Assembly (NCBI GenBank): GCA_964486435.1
Contig: CAZAMM010000004.1
Coordinates: 219 to 64,218, forward strand
Length of the DNA: 64,000 nt
Source of the DNA: an uncultured Methanosarcinales archaeon
GTDB taxonomy: Archaea; Halobacteriota; Methanosarcinia; Methanosarcinales; Methanosarcinaceae
Direction: 5' to 3'
Position 1 is the first letter of the stretch; each line of letters begins with the position of its first letter. The position numbers and the translations under genes are program-made. Shown one piece after another: positions 42,251 through 51,453 of this stretch. The notes beneath the pieces were generated by a model. That model was given only the letters and a program-made list of their open reading frames with translations. It was not told the origin of the DNA and did no database searches.

Positions 42251-43132
42251 ATGAGCGAACTGTTAATCTATTGCAATGGTGAGTATGTCCGCAAATCCCA
42301 GGCTACTGTTTCTATATTTGACCACGGTTTCCTGTATGGGGACGGGGTCTTTGAAGGCATCAGAGCCTACAATGGACGCGTTTTTAAATTGCAGGAACAT
42401 CTGGACAGGCTTTATGACTCTGCGAAAGCTATCGCCCTGGAGATACCGATGTCAAAAGAAGAAATGTCTGAAGCCATTTTGGAAACCCTGCGTAAGAATG
42501 ATCTAAGGGATGCTTATATAAGACCTCTGGTTACCAGAGGGGTCGGCGACCTTGGCCTTGATCCCCGTAAATGCCCTAAGCCCGGCGTCTTCATCGTCGC
42601 ACAGTACTGGGGAGCCATGTATGGAGATCTATACGAGACCGGCCTTACAGGAGTCACAGTTTCAGTTCGCCGCAATGCAGCCGATGCACTATCGCCTAAC
42701 ATCAAATCCCTCAATTACCTGAACAATATCCTCGCAAAGATAGAGGCAAATGCCAAAGGAGGCGATGAAGCCATATTCTTTGACAGCAACGGCTATCTTT
42801 CCGAAGGTTCGGGAGATAACATTTTCATTATAAAGAATGGTAAGGTTTACACGCCACCCACCATCAACAACCTCAAAGGTATCACCAGGGCTACAGCAAT
42901 TGAACTGCTGGAAGAGATGAACATACCGGTCTCAGTGGAAAATCTGGGTATGTTCGACCTCTACACAGCTGATGAGATCTTTGTTACAGGTACGGCAGCA
43001 GAGGCTGCACCTCTGGTCAAGGTTGATGGGCGTGCAATAGGAAATGGGAAACCTGGCCCTGTCACCAAGAAGATGATAAAAGCTTTCGAAGTCATCACCC
43101 AGAACACTGGTACACCAATATATAAAGAGTGA
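42251..43132 (+). CDS. ilvE: Branched-chain amino acid aminotransferase (class IV)
   Basis: 293-aa ORF with [24 protein letters not shown] and GITR. Confidence 0.9.
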   Translation: MSELLIYCNGEYVRKSQATVSIFDHGFLYGDGVFEGIRAYNGRVFKLQEHLDRLYDSAKAIALEIPMSKEEMSEAILETLRKNDLRDAYIRPLVTRGVGDLGLDPRKCPKPGVFIVAQYWGAMYGDLYETGLTGVTVSVRRNAADALSPNIKSLNYLNNILAKIEANAKGGDEAIFFDSNGYLSEGSGDNIFIIKNGKVYTPPTINNLKGITRATAIELLEEMNIPVSVENLGMFDLYTADEIFVTGTAAEAAPLVKVDGRAIGNGKPGPVTKKMIKAFEVITQNTGTPIYKE

Positions 43133-43249
43133 GAACTCTTTATTTTTGTTTTTTTGGCTCTGCAGAGAGCTTTTTTAAAATATTGACTAACTGTTGGGAT
43201 AATAACATTTTTATATTATTTTTTATTTATAATAACACCAGAGGTTACC

Positions 43250-43495
43250 ATGGAATCTGTGCCCGACAAAGAAAAAATTATTTTAGAAAACTTAAAGTAC
43301 CTGAACGACTCTGTGATTGCCATATTGCTTTTGATGCCTGTGACACTGGTCATAGTTTTTGAGGCCCTTGATCCTACAGAATCACTTAAATGGCTTTCCA
43401 TTGCAACCTGGGCAGTGTATATATTTGGCCTGTGGTACGTAGCCTCAAGGGTGTTCAGGCTCAACAAAAGGATCATAGAACACCTGAAGGAGTGA
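43250..43495 (+). CDS. Possible small two-TM membrane protein
   Basis: 81-aa ORF with two hydrophobic helices, ending 6 nt before the moeA start. No family recognised. Confidence 0.35.
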   Translation: MESVPDKEKIILENLKYLNDSVIAILLLMPVTLVIVFEALDPTESLKWLSIATWAVYIFGLWYVASRVFRLNKRIIEHLKE

Positions 43496-43501
43496 AAGCC
43501 G

Positions 43502-45415
43502 TTGGAAAGGGAGCAAAAAGAATTCAGAGAACTCACATCCTCAATAGAAGCACGCAGCATAATAAATGCTATCAGGATAAAACCAGCACTGAAAAAATTG
43601 TCCTTGGAACACGCAAGCAGCTGCATTCTTGCAGAAGATGTATTTTCAGGCATAAATGTACCTGCCTTTGACAGATCAGTAAAAGATGGGTTCGCTGTGA
43701 AGGCACAGGATACGTATGCTGCAACAGAAATGGAGCCTGTGAAATTGACAAAAGTTGGATCAATAGCCGCAGGCTGTGTTTCTGATCTTGTCCTTGGTCC
43801 CGGAGAAGCCATAGAAATTGCTACAGGAGCACCAATACCCGAAGGTGCAGATGCTGTAATAATGGTGGAGCACACTACATCTGAAGATGCAAAAATATTA
43901 GCACGCAGAGCAGTATATATCGGTGAGAACATCATGCGCACTGGAGCTGATATCATGAAAGGGGAACGTGTGCTGCGCAAAAACGTACGTATCGGCCCAC
44001 GTGAGATAGGAGTGCTTGCTTCCATTGGTATGAGCCAAATAACAGTAAAAGAACTGAAAATTGGGATAATTTCCACAGGTGATGAACTTATTCAGCCCGG
44101 ATCTGAACTATATGCCGGCAAGATCTATGATGCTAATTCTTATGCCATAGCTTCCAGTATAGAAGAATGTGGAGCAAAACCCGTAATATACGGAATTGTG
44201 GAAGATGATGAACGTGCAATGTCAGATGTCATCGACCGCGCATTACAGGAATGTAACATGGTGCTCACTTCCGGCAGTACTTCTGCAGGCGTGGGAGATG
44301 TGATGTATAAGATCATAGATGAAAAGGGAAAGACACTACTGCACGGAATATCTATAAAGCCAGGAAAACCAGTAGTAATAGGCATTGTTGATGATGTACC
44401 ACTGATAGGACTTCCGGGTAACCCCACTTCTGCACTCTCTATATTTAACGAGTTCATAGCTCCTATGATATACGATTCACTTGAAACTGCTCCCCCATTC
44501 AGAACAAAGGTACAGGCAGTAATGGGAACATCCATACGGTCCGAAGGAAGAAGGGAACTGTATCCCGTGGGGTTGATCAGGGGCAAAGTATATCCTGCAG
44601 ATAAAACATCCGGGGCAATTACTACCCTTGCTGAAGCTGATGGCATTATAGAGATCAGTGAGGAGACTGAATATCTGGAAGCTGGGAAACCAATAGAAGT
44701 TACCCTTTTTGGAAATATAGTTCCTGTCGACCTCATGATCGTAGGAGGACAATGCCCGGGAATCGATCATCTGGAAGATCTGACAGGAATGAGATTCAGA
44801 GTAATAAGTATGGGTTCCAGCCGTGGATTAAGTGCTATGATTGCAGGCATAGCTGATATTGCAGGCATCAACCTGGCAGGGACCGGGGATGACAATGTAG
44901 AAGCTATCCGAAGCACAGGCATCAGTAATGCGGTCCTTGTAAAAGGCTATCGCAGAGAACAGGGACTTATAGTGCGTCCTGAAAGTAACATAAAAAGCCT
45001 GGAAGACCTGCCTGGAAAAAAACTGGTGAACCGTAACAGGGGTTCAGGCACCAGAGCATTGCTTGATCAGCTGCTGGAAGAACTTGCTGCAAAAAAAGGC
45101 ACCACAAAGGCAGAAATTGTAAAGACGATACCTGGTTACAGCTCAGGCTTAAGAACGCACAGAGCAGTTTGTGAGGCCATAATAAGTAAGAAAGCAGAAG
45201 TCGGATTTGGTATCAGACCTTTTGCAGAAATAATGGGACTTAAGTTCATACCTGTTATTGTAGAGGATTTTGATTTTCTTATCAATAAAGAAATTATGGA
45301 TATACCCCAGATAAAAAAACTGCTTGCAACGCTGAGTACTCATGATTTTGCCGCAGCGCTCCCACATGGAATATTTACATATGAAAGGACTGGCGAAATA
45401 ATAGGGAATATTTAA
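43502..45415 (+). CDS. moeA: Molybdopterin molybdenumtransferase MoeA fused to a C-terminal periplasmic-binding-protein-like (molybdate-binding type) domain
   Basis: 637-aa ORF with MoeA motifs (ISTGDELI, LTSGSTSAGVGD, KPGKP, GLPGNP) in the first roughly 400 aa, followed by about 230 aa of PBP-like sequence. TTG start in the ORF track. Confidence 0.85.
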   Translation: MEREQKEFRELTSSIEARSIINAIRIKPALKKLSLEHASSCILAEDVFSGINVPAFDRSVKDGFAVKAQDTYAATEMEPVKLTKVGSIAAGCVSDLVLGPGEAIEIATGAPIPEGADAVIMVEHTTSEDAKILARRAVYIGENIMRTGADIMKGERVLRKNVRIGPREIGVLASIGMSQITVKELKIGIISTGDELIQPGSELYAGKIYDANSYAIASSIEECGAKPVIYGIVEDDERAMSDVIDRALQECNMVLTSGSTSAGVGDVMYKIIDEKGKTLLHGISIKPGKPVVIGIVDDVPLIGLPGNPTSALSIFNEFIAPMIYDSLETAPPFRTKVQAVMGTSIRSEGRRELYPVGLIRGKVYPADKTSGAITTLAEADGIIEISEETEYLEAGKPIEVTLFGNIVPVDLMIVGGQCPGIDHLEDLTGMRFRVISMGSSRGLSAMIAGIADIAGINLAGTGDDNVEAIRSTGISNAVLVKGYRREQGLIVRPESNIKSLEDLPGKKLVNRNRGSGTRALLDQLLEELAAKKGTTKAEIVKTIPGYSSGLRTHRAVCEAIISKKAEVGFGIRPFAEIMGLKFIPVIVEDFDFLINKEIMDIPQIKKLLATLSTHDFAAALPHGIFTYERTGEIIGNI

Positions 45416-45622
45416 AGATAGTACAATTTTGTTGCTAAATCATATGGGAAGAGAGCCGAAAAATCAGGCAATTAAGAGACTTTTGCGGATCATGCCACTC
45501 ACATTTCGACAAAAGAAATATATACGATTATCCAACATAATATATATTCAAGGGAGTATAAGATCGGCCATTAAATTCCTTTAGCAGGTAATTTATCTGC
45601 ACGTTTTAAATCAATCACAGTC

Positions 45623-45723
45623 ATCACCCCCATAGCATAGGTTCTTTTAAGAACCAATAGATAAGTACCACCACTTACATACCACCACCCAACTTCACAA
45701 GTAGGATATGCTATGGGGGTGAT
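45623..45723. other. 101-nt structured element: a perfect 17-bp inverted repeat enclosing small hairpins (candidate ncRNA or recombination site)
   Basis: ATCACCCCCATAGCATA (45623-45639) is the exact reverse complement of TATGCTATGGGGGTGAT (45707-45723). Inside are GGTTCTT-TT-AAGAACC (45640-45655) and TAAGT-ACCACC-ACTTA. It lies in the 404-bp convergent gap between moeA and ABCE1. Confidence 0.4.
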
Positions 45724-45819
45724 CACCACATTTTAGTAAACTTTTAAGGATCTGGCATTCTAGTTTATAATTAACTGAGCCTTAATCAAAAAAGAGGCCA
45801 TAGAGTAATTCCTATGGAC

Positions 45820-47586
45820 TCATTCCAGAATATTATAATAGTATTCCCCTTTAGACCTTTGTTCGCGGTCAAGACGTGAGTCGGGCTTGTTCACTCTGGG
45901 CCTGCGTGTATCCTCATCACGGCGGAATGTGATATTCAGATTCGAAAGGAACTTGTTCATACCAGCATGCATACTTAAAGGTGCATGGGCCTTACCGTAT
46001 ACAGCAGGCTCACCCTCGAAAACTATCAGTCTTTCACTCAGCATATCGATCATATAGATATCATGGTCTACTACCATGGCGGTTTTACCGTTGTTCTCAG
46101 CAAAACGTTTGATCACTTTTGTGACCATTGAACGCTGTTCCACATCAAGGTGGGCACTTGGTTCGTCCAGAAGATACATATCAGCATCACGACACAGACA
46201 AGCTGCTATAGCCACTCTCTGCAGCTCACCGCCACTTAGCTCCGGCAGAGAACGCTCATACAGCTTCTCAAGACCTAATGGCTTTACAACTTCTGTCTGG
46301 AAATAGCTGGTATCGAACTTGCGAGATATCCCGCGCAGGAAGAACTGCACCTGCATGTAGATATCAGCCTTGATGTACTGGGGTTTATAGGAAATACTGA
46401 TATTCATATCAAGCTTGCCTTCATCGGGTTCTACTTCCCCTGCAAGCACTTTCATAAAAGTGGACTTACCAATACCATTCGGTCCCACAATACCCAGCAC
46501 TTCACCCTGCTTAATAGAGCCTGAATCCGTTTCAAGAGCAAATCCTTCTGTGTATTTCTTTGAGAAACTACTATAATCCACCAGCGTATCGATCTCAGTT
46601 TCATTCCTTGGCGGGTGTACCTCAAAGGAGATAGCTTCGGGACGGACACGCACATTCTCCTCAGGCAGATAACCTTTAAGATATTGGTTAATGGCCACAC
46701 GAACTCCTTTGGGAAGAGTCATGACACCATACCCACCGGGTTCACCATAAGCTACGTGTACCATATCGGCCAGCATGTCCAGAATGGCAAGATCGTGTTC
46801 CACTACAAGCACAGCTTTCTCCTGGGCTATCTCCTGTATTAGCTTGGCACAGTTGATACGCTGGTATATATCCAGATAAGGGCTTATCTCATCAAAGAAA
46901 TAGAAATCAGCATCTTTAGCAGCGCATGCTGCAATGGCCACCCTCTGCAACTCACCACCACTTAATTCTGTGATATTGCGGTCAATTATATGAGAAAGGT
47001 CCAGACGCTCCACCAGTTCATCCATTACCCCCCTGTCATCTGTCCTGGCAAGCAGATCCGATGTCTTGCCTTTAAAAGCTTTAGGGATGAGGTCTATATA
47101 CTGAGGTTTTTGGGAAACCTTAAGATTGTCATTGGATACAGCCTTGAAATAATCATAAAGTGCTGTGCCTGCATAGTGTTCGAGTACTCTGTCCCATGTA
47201 CCTCCCTCCTCTCCAAAGTTGGGCACCAGCCTTCCTGAGAGGATCTGTACTGCAGTACTTTTACCAATACCGTTAGGACCAAGGATCCCAGTGACCCTGC
47301 CTTTTTGGGGAACTGGTAGACCGTAAAGCGCAAAGCCGTTGGGACCATAACGATGTGTTGGGAATTTAAGGGCTTCAGGAAGACCAATGATCATAATAGC
47401 ATCAAAGGGACATCTGTTTATACATATACCACAGCCAACGCACAACTCTTCCGATATGACCGGCTTGCCGTCTTCTGCAAAAATAATTGTCTCGTCACCT
47501 GTTCTCACCCTGGGGCAGTATTTCTCACATTCATGACTGCACCTTCTCGGCTGGCATCTGTCCTTGTTAAGTATAGCTATTCGCAT
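45820..47586 (-). CDS. abce1: ABCE1 / RNase L inhibitor-type ribosome recycling ATPase
   Basis: N-terminal Fe-S motifs (CQPRRCSHECEKYCP, CVGCGICINRCP) and two ABC cassettes (GPNGIGKST twice, LSGGELQRVAIA twice). The start is taken at MRIAILNKDRC. Confidence 0.95.
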   Translation of the reverse strand: MRIAILNKDRCQPRRCSHECEKYCPRVRTGDETIIFAEDGKPVISEELCVGCGICINRCPFDAIMIIGLPEALKFPTHRYGPNGFALYGLPVPQKGRVTGILGPNGIGKSTAVQILSGRLVPNFGEEGGTWDRVLEHYAGTALYDYFKAVSNDNLKVSQKPQYIDLIPKAFKGKTSDLLARTDDRGVMDELVERLDLSHIIDRNITELSGGELQRVAIAACAAKDADFYFFDEISPYLDIYQRINCAKLIQEIAQEKAVLVVEHDLAILDMLADMVHVAYGEPGGYGVMTLPKGVRVAINQYLKGYLPEENVRVRPEAISFEVHPPRNETEIDTLVDYSSFSKKYTEGFALETDSGSIKQGEVLGIVGPNGIGKSTFMKVLAGEVEPDEGKLDMNISISYKPQYIKADIYMQVQFFLRGISRKFDTSYFQTEVVKPLGLEKLYERSLPELSGGELQRVAIAACLCRDADMYLLDEPSAHLDVEQRSMVTKVIKRFAENNGKTAMVVDHDIYMIDMLSERLIVFEGEPAVYGKAHAPLSMHAGMNKFLSNLNITFRRDEDTRRPRVNKPDSRLDREQRSKGEYYYNILE

Positions 47587-47627
47587 TTTTATCACTGGTT
47601 AAGAAAAGATAAAGATAGGAAATTGTA

Positions 47628-48032
47628 TCAATTCAGGAGAAGTGTCCACGTGACCAGGCAGAAGTCCACCACAAGGAACTCCACATAGAACCAGTCCTTA
47701 AAACCAAACTCTTTGGTATTGATCTTTATAGCCGGATAGATGAGCCTCTGGACATAAAATGCAAGAATGGCAACAATAGTGATCACAGCATACCATTTCG
47801 TTTCAGTGCCCATACCATATTGCATATTAGCGAGGACACCGGCAATTATGCCTATAATAGAGGCAACTGCCGTCTTAATGATACCCTGAACATGTGCTTT
47901 TCTTTTTTCCTCGGGGGTCCTTGGCTTCACCGCAAGTATCCCTTTTGCAGTTTTTTCCTGCTGTACCTCGGATTTATCCTGGGGGCTTTGTTGATTGTTT
48001 TTAGCGGATGACTGCCTGGCTGCTTTTTTCAA
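47628..48032 (-). CDS. Small membrane protein, function unknown
   Basis: 134-aa ORF with a polar Lys/Gln-rich N-terminus followed by 2-3 hydrophobic helices. Confidence 0.45.
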   Translation of the reverse strand: MKKAARQSSAKNNQQSPQDKSEVQQEKTAKGILAVKPRTPEEKRKAHVQGIIKTAVASIIGIIAGVLANMQYGMGTETKWYAVITIVAILAFYVQRLIYPAIKINTKEFGFKDWFYVEFLVVDFCLVTWTLLLN

Positions 48033-48123
48033 TGGCTATATCTCCTGAAAAGATCAATGGAATGGATACTATAGTAGGATGTCAATTATATAAAGCTTTA
48101 TATGCACCAACTAAATAATAAAA

Positions 48124-49170
48124 CTAAATAAAGTCATTGCTTAATACATTATTTATCTTGTCAATAGATATGGCATCTAGGCCCAGACAATTAAGATGAG
48201 CGGCAAACCTGCCTGGCCTGTGTCCACTAGGGTGATAGACAACTGTGAACTCTGGACCTATCTTATGGACCATGTCAGTGAGTCCTCTGACATCCAGATG
48301 ATCACTGATCTGAATGGAAGGATACCTGAAATCTGACCTGCCGCTCATGACATATTTTAATGTGTGCCACGACAGCCTGTCCAGGTCCCATGGAGGGACA
48401 ACACATAAAGTTTTGCCCCCTGCCTCCCCCAAACCTACAACATTACCTGCATTTTCCAGCATGCAGCGAGTCAATTCCAGAGACTTGGCCTCCATCTCGA
48501 TGGTATCACTATACCCAAGCAATCTGACCAGTTCAACGACTCTCTGAGCTTTCCCGAATGCATAGGCACCAAGAGCTGCACAGGAATGATCCTCCACCAA
48601 TTGCCTGAGGCCCTCTATATCATCTTCAAAATAGCAAGAAGTATCCCCCGGATCTCCATAATTGGCCTCGGTCACCAGCACATCGCATTTAGGGAGCATG
48701 GAATAATCCTTCACGTCCCCTGTTACAAGAATGCGCGTACCTACCTCATTTTCCCAGTAGAATGCGGTTGAGCCGGGAGTGTGGCCTGTGGGAAATGTCT
48801 GCACCGTGACGTCTGAAACCTCAAAGGAATCACATACTCCCATGCTCATACCCTTGTACTCCTTACCATAACGTATCTCAAGAGCTTGTGCGGTCTTGGA
48901 AGAACATAGAGCACGCTGCGAGAGCATTGCAGACTTCCCATTGTGATCGGAATGGGCATGAGTGATAAGATATGCATCCGGCTGAAAACATTTGTTTGGA
49001 GTGCGAGTAGTGTCAATAGAAAAAGTTACAGGCCTGCCTTCATCCGACATGAACCTGAGAGAAAGATGGGGTTTGAAACCCCCCCGAGAGTTAGTCTGAC
49101 GGAAAGCCAATATTCCCATGTCAATAAGCTGCTGTGGCATACAGATCATGACCTTACTGGCTTGAAGCAA
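48124..49170 (-). CDS. Metallo-beta-lactamase-fold hydrolase (possibly beta-CASP-like nuclease)
   Basis: MBL motif ITHAHSDHNG with downstream His/Asp motifs (TGHTPGS, VTGD). Start uncertain. Confidence 0.6.
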   Translation of the reverse strand: MLQASKVMICMPQQLIDMGILAFRQTNSRGGFKPHLSLRFMSDEGRPVTFSIDTTRTPNKCFQPDAYLITHAHSDHNGKSAMLSQRALCSSKTAQALEIRYGKEYKGMSMGVCDSFEVSDVTVQTFPTGHTPGSTAFYWENEVGTRILVTGDVKDYSMLPKCDVLVTEANYGDPGDTSCYFEDDIEGLRQLVEDHSCAALGAYAFGKAQRVVELVRLLGYSDTIEMEAKSLELTRCMLENAGNVVGLGEAGGKTLCVVPPWDLDRLSWHTLKYVMSGRSDFRYPSIQISDHLDVRGLTDMVHKIGPEFTVVYHPSGHRPGRFAAHLNCLGLDAISIDKINNVLSNDFI

Positions 49171-49198
49171 ATAATTTCGGAAAGCGGGCCGCGAGAAT

Positions 49199-49468
49199 TC
49201 ACAGAGCTTTTTGTAATTCAGAACTTAAAACATCTGCAGATGTTACACCTGTGAAACGTTTTAGGACCTGACCATCTTTTTCGATCACAAGCGTAGGTAC
49301 TGCCTGTATTGAATACTTCTTTGCCAGATCCCTGTTCTGGTCCACATCTATTATTTTGAACTCTACCTGGTCCTTGAACTTTTTCTCAACCTCATCAAGA
49401 ATAGGTTTTTGCATTTTGCAGGGTCCGCACCATGTAGCACTAAAATCCATTAATATTGGTTTGCTCAC
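49199..49468 (-). CDS. trx: Thioredoxin
   Basis: 89-aa ORF with active site WCGPCK. Confidence 0.9.
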   Translation of the reverse strand: MSKPILMDFSATWCGPCKMQKPILDEVEKKFKDQVEFKIIDVDQNRDLAKKYSIQAVPTLVIEKDGQVLKRFTGVTSADVLSSELQKAL

Positions 49469-49666
49469 ATTATCACCTTCTGATATAACAGCAAAGCATA
49501 AGCCTTTTGATCATTCTTGGTGAACATAAAAGTCCTTCCAAGAGGAGTCCACTACCCGATATAAGAGCAGCCTTCAACGGTATTGTAGAACCCCTGCAAA
49601 ACCATTGTTTGCTTTACATAAATACTTTTCGCAGATTAGGTCTGCAGCTATGTTGAAAGCAAAGCA

Positions 49667-50455
49667 TCATGCCCGATATATCCTTGCGGTCAGATCAAGA
49701 GGAGGAGCATAATAGGGAGCAGATATTACAATGATATCGACCAGTGAAGCATAATCAGGAATGTCCTGAGCTGAAATACCACCAACAGCGATCATGACCG
49801 AAGGGTTCCTCTCTTTGATAGCAGGGACTAGCCTTTGAAGATCTGTAGGGGACAAATGGTCCAGTAGCATCAGATCTGCAATTGTCGCATACCTTAATGC
49901 TTCTTCCTCATTACGGGGTTCGACCTCTATCCTGCGCACAACTTGCATTTCAGTGAGATCCTCGACCACAGCCAGATGGTTCTGGGTGATCAGGATAGAA
50001 TCACTGAGAGAATTGCGGTGATGGTCTCCGCCGCCTGCCCGGACTGCCTGCAGTTCGAACCTGCGCATGCCCGGATGAGTTTTCCTGCTGGTTGCGATGA
50101 TCACGTTCTTATTGACCTTCCGCGCTGTTTCCACATACAAACGGGTAGTTGCAGCAATGGCGCAGACCATGGAAAGGAAGGTCTGCGAAATACGCCACAG
50201 CTTGAAAAGCTGGCGAAGATCACCTTTTGCCTCAAAGACCACGTCATGCGGATTGAACTCCCCGCCTTCGCGCACATAGGCAGTAACTTCAAGACCTTTT
50301 TTCCGATAGAAAGCTGCAAGCTCTTCCATACAAGCCGCTACACCGTGTTCCCTTGACATGATGCGCAATCTGCCGTTGCCTTCTATGCCAAGAAGATCGG
50401 TCGTTTCATCGCCATAAGGACAGTCTTCATCCAGATAAAGGTCGAACAGATCCAT
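49667..50455 (-). CDS. Quinolinate phosphoribosyltransferase-family protein (ModD-like; NadC not excluded)
   Basis: 262-aa ORF with N-terminal DEDCPYGDETTDLL and a type II PRTase-like barrel (IATSRKTHPGMR, VRAGGGDHHR, MLLDH). Several Mo-related genes lie nearby. Confidence 0.5.
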   Translation of the reverse strand: MDLFDLYLDEDCPYGDETTDLLGIEGNGRLRIMSREHGVAACMEELAAFYRKKGLEVTAYVREGGEFNPHDVVFEAKGDLRQLFKLWRISQTFLSMVCAIAATTRLYVETARKVNKNVIIATSRKTHPGMRRFELQAVRAGGGDHHRNSLSDSILITQNHLAVVEDLTEMQVVRRIEVEPRNEEEALRYATIADLMLLDHLSPTDLQRLVPAIKERNPSVMIAVGGISAQDIPDYASLVDIIVISAPYYAPPLDLTARIYRA

Positions 50456-50640
50456 AAAGAAATTTCCTATTGTTTTATATTGATAACGTTTCTATGCTTC
50501 TCTTGAAAGGAGATTGCATCCGTAGGATATTAAAATAACCCTTAAAGTCAAAATATGGCTTAAATACGATCAGTGAAGCAAAAGATCAGAGTTCTACCAT
50601 ATCAGCAACAAAAACAGAGTGCTAAGAATGGTAATGCAAT

Positions 50641-50775
50641 ACTTGTCAATCAAATGACCAGTAGTATATAAACTACTTGTCAAGCCTTGACAACCAGTAT
50701 ATAAATGAGTTGTCAGACGAATGACAACTGGTATATAAAGCACTTGTCAAGCAAATGTCAAGCACTATATAAACA
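50641..50775. repeat. Four head-to-tail 33-34-bp repeats, each a TTGTCA-N5/6-TGACAA palindrome plus GTATATAAA
   Basis: Units are at 50641-50674, 50675-50707, 50708-50741 and 50742-50775, e.g. acttgtcaagccttgacaaccagtatataaatg. On the minus strand each reads TTTATATAC...TTGTCA..TGACAA. Confidence 0.85.
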
Positions 50776-50814
50776 CAACAACTAAACAGCATCCAGACCA
50801 CGTTACAGCCTTCT

Positions 50815-50960
50815 TTAACCAGACTTCCCCTCCACAATAGCGATCTCTTCTTCTGTCAGTCCGTATAGCTCATACACAAGCCTGCCTATCTCAGCATCCG
50901 TTGCGTGGATACGGCGCTGGATCATCTCTTTCTCACTGCCAAGCTTTGCAGAAAAATGGA
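50815..50960 (-). pseudogene. Relic of the C-terminus of an R-M/BREX-type N6-adenine methyltransferase or type IIG enzyme
   Basis: The reverse translation ends ...AKLGSEKEMIQRRIHATDAEIGRLVYELYGLTEEEIAIVEGKSG*. The xLVYxLYGLTEEEIxIVE tail is a hallmark of such enzymes. An in-frame TAA lies about 50 codons upstream, so only the tail survives. Confidence 0.5.
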
Positions 50961-51453
50961 TATAACATTATTTTTGATAGAGGAAATCCATCTAAATAAA
51001 GTGGAAACTGTCGGCATCATAAATAGTTTATCCATGAAAGCTTATTTTGAAGAGAGGAGAGGAACATAGTGTGGACTAAAAGAGAGATTATCCTGAACAT
51101 ATTGGTTATCGCAGTATCCGGGAAGCTCAAGCTTGGAATAAAAGGGATCCTGCTCATCATGAGCATGAAAGACACCCTGAAGCAATTCAGGTATTTGAGA
51201 GATCTAGCGAAGAAATTGAAACGATGAATGTCCCTTCCCGTCCTTTTTCTAAAGATCCGCTTCAAGGCACTTTGATCAGAACTTCTTTGATCGAAAACTT
51301 GTAGTTACTGCCGGTATGATATTACACGATTCCAAAAGTGCCGATCTGGCTGGCCTAAGAACTACAGGATGTACGAGGAAAAGGCTAAAATTAAGAAATA
51401 ATGAGAGGAGACATCCCTTTTATTTGATATGGTTGTGAAAATGAGGAGTGTAT

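Noticed and set aside
43216-44076. 286-aa ORF on the minus strand
   Set aside because: It is fully antisense to the well-supported moeA gene. Its composition is Ser/Ile/Ala-rich with no motifs, as expected for a shadow ORF.
50641-50775. Considered whether the four tandem repeats are a mini CRISPR array
   Set aside because: The units abut directly with no unique spacers, are only ~34 bp apart, have diverged from each other, and no cas genes are present.
51017-51265. 82-aa minus-strand ORF in the remnant region
   Set aside because: It has no motifs, an odd composition, and sits in a region that otherwise looks like decayed DNA. It overlaps the equally weak 51069-51227 plus-strand ORF.
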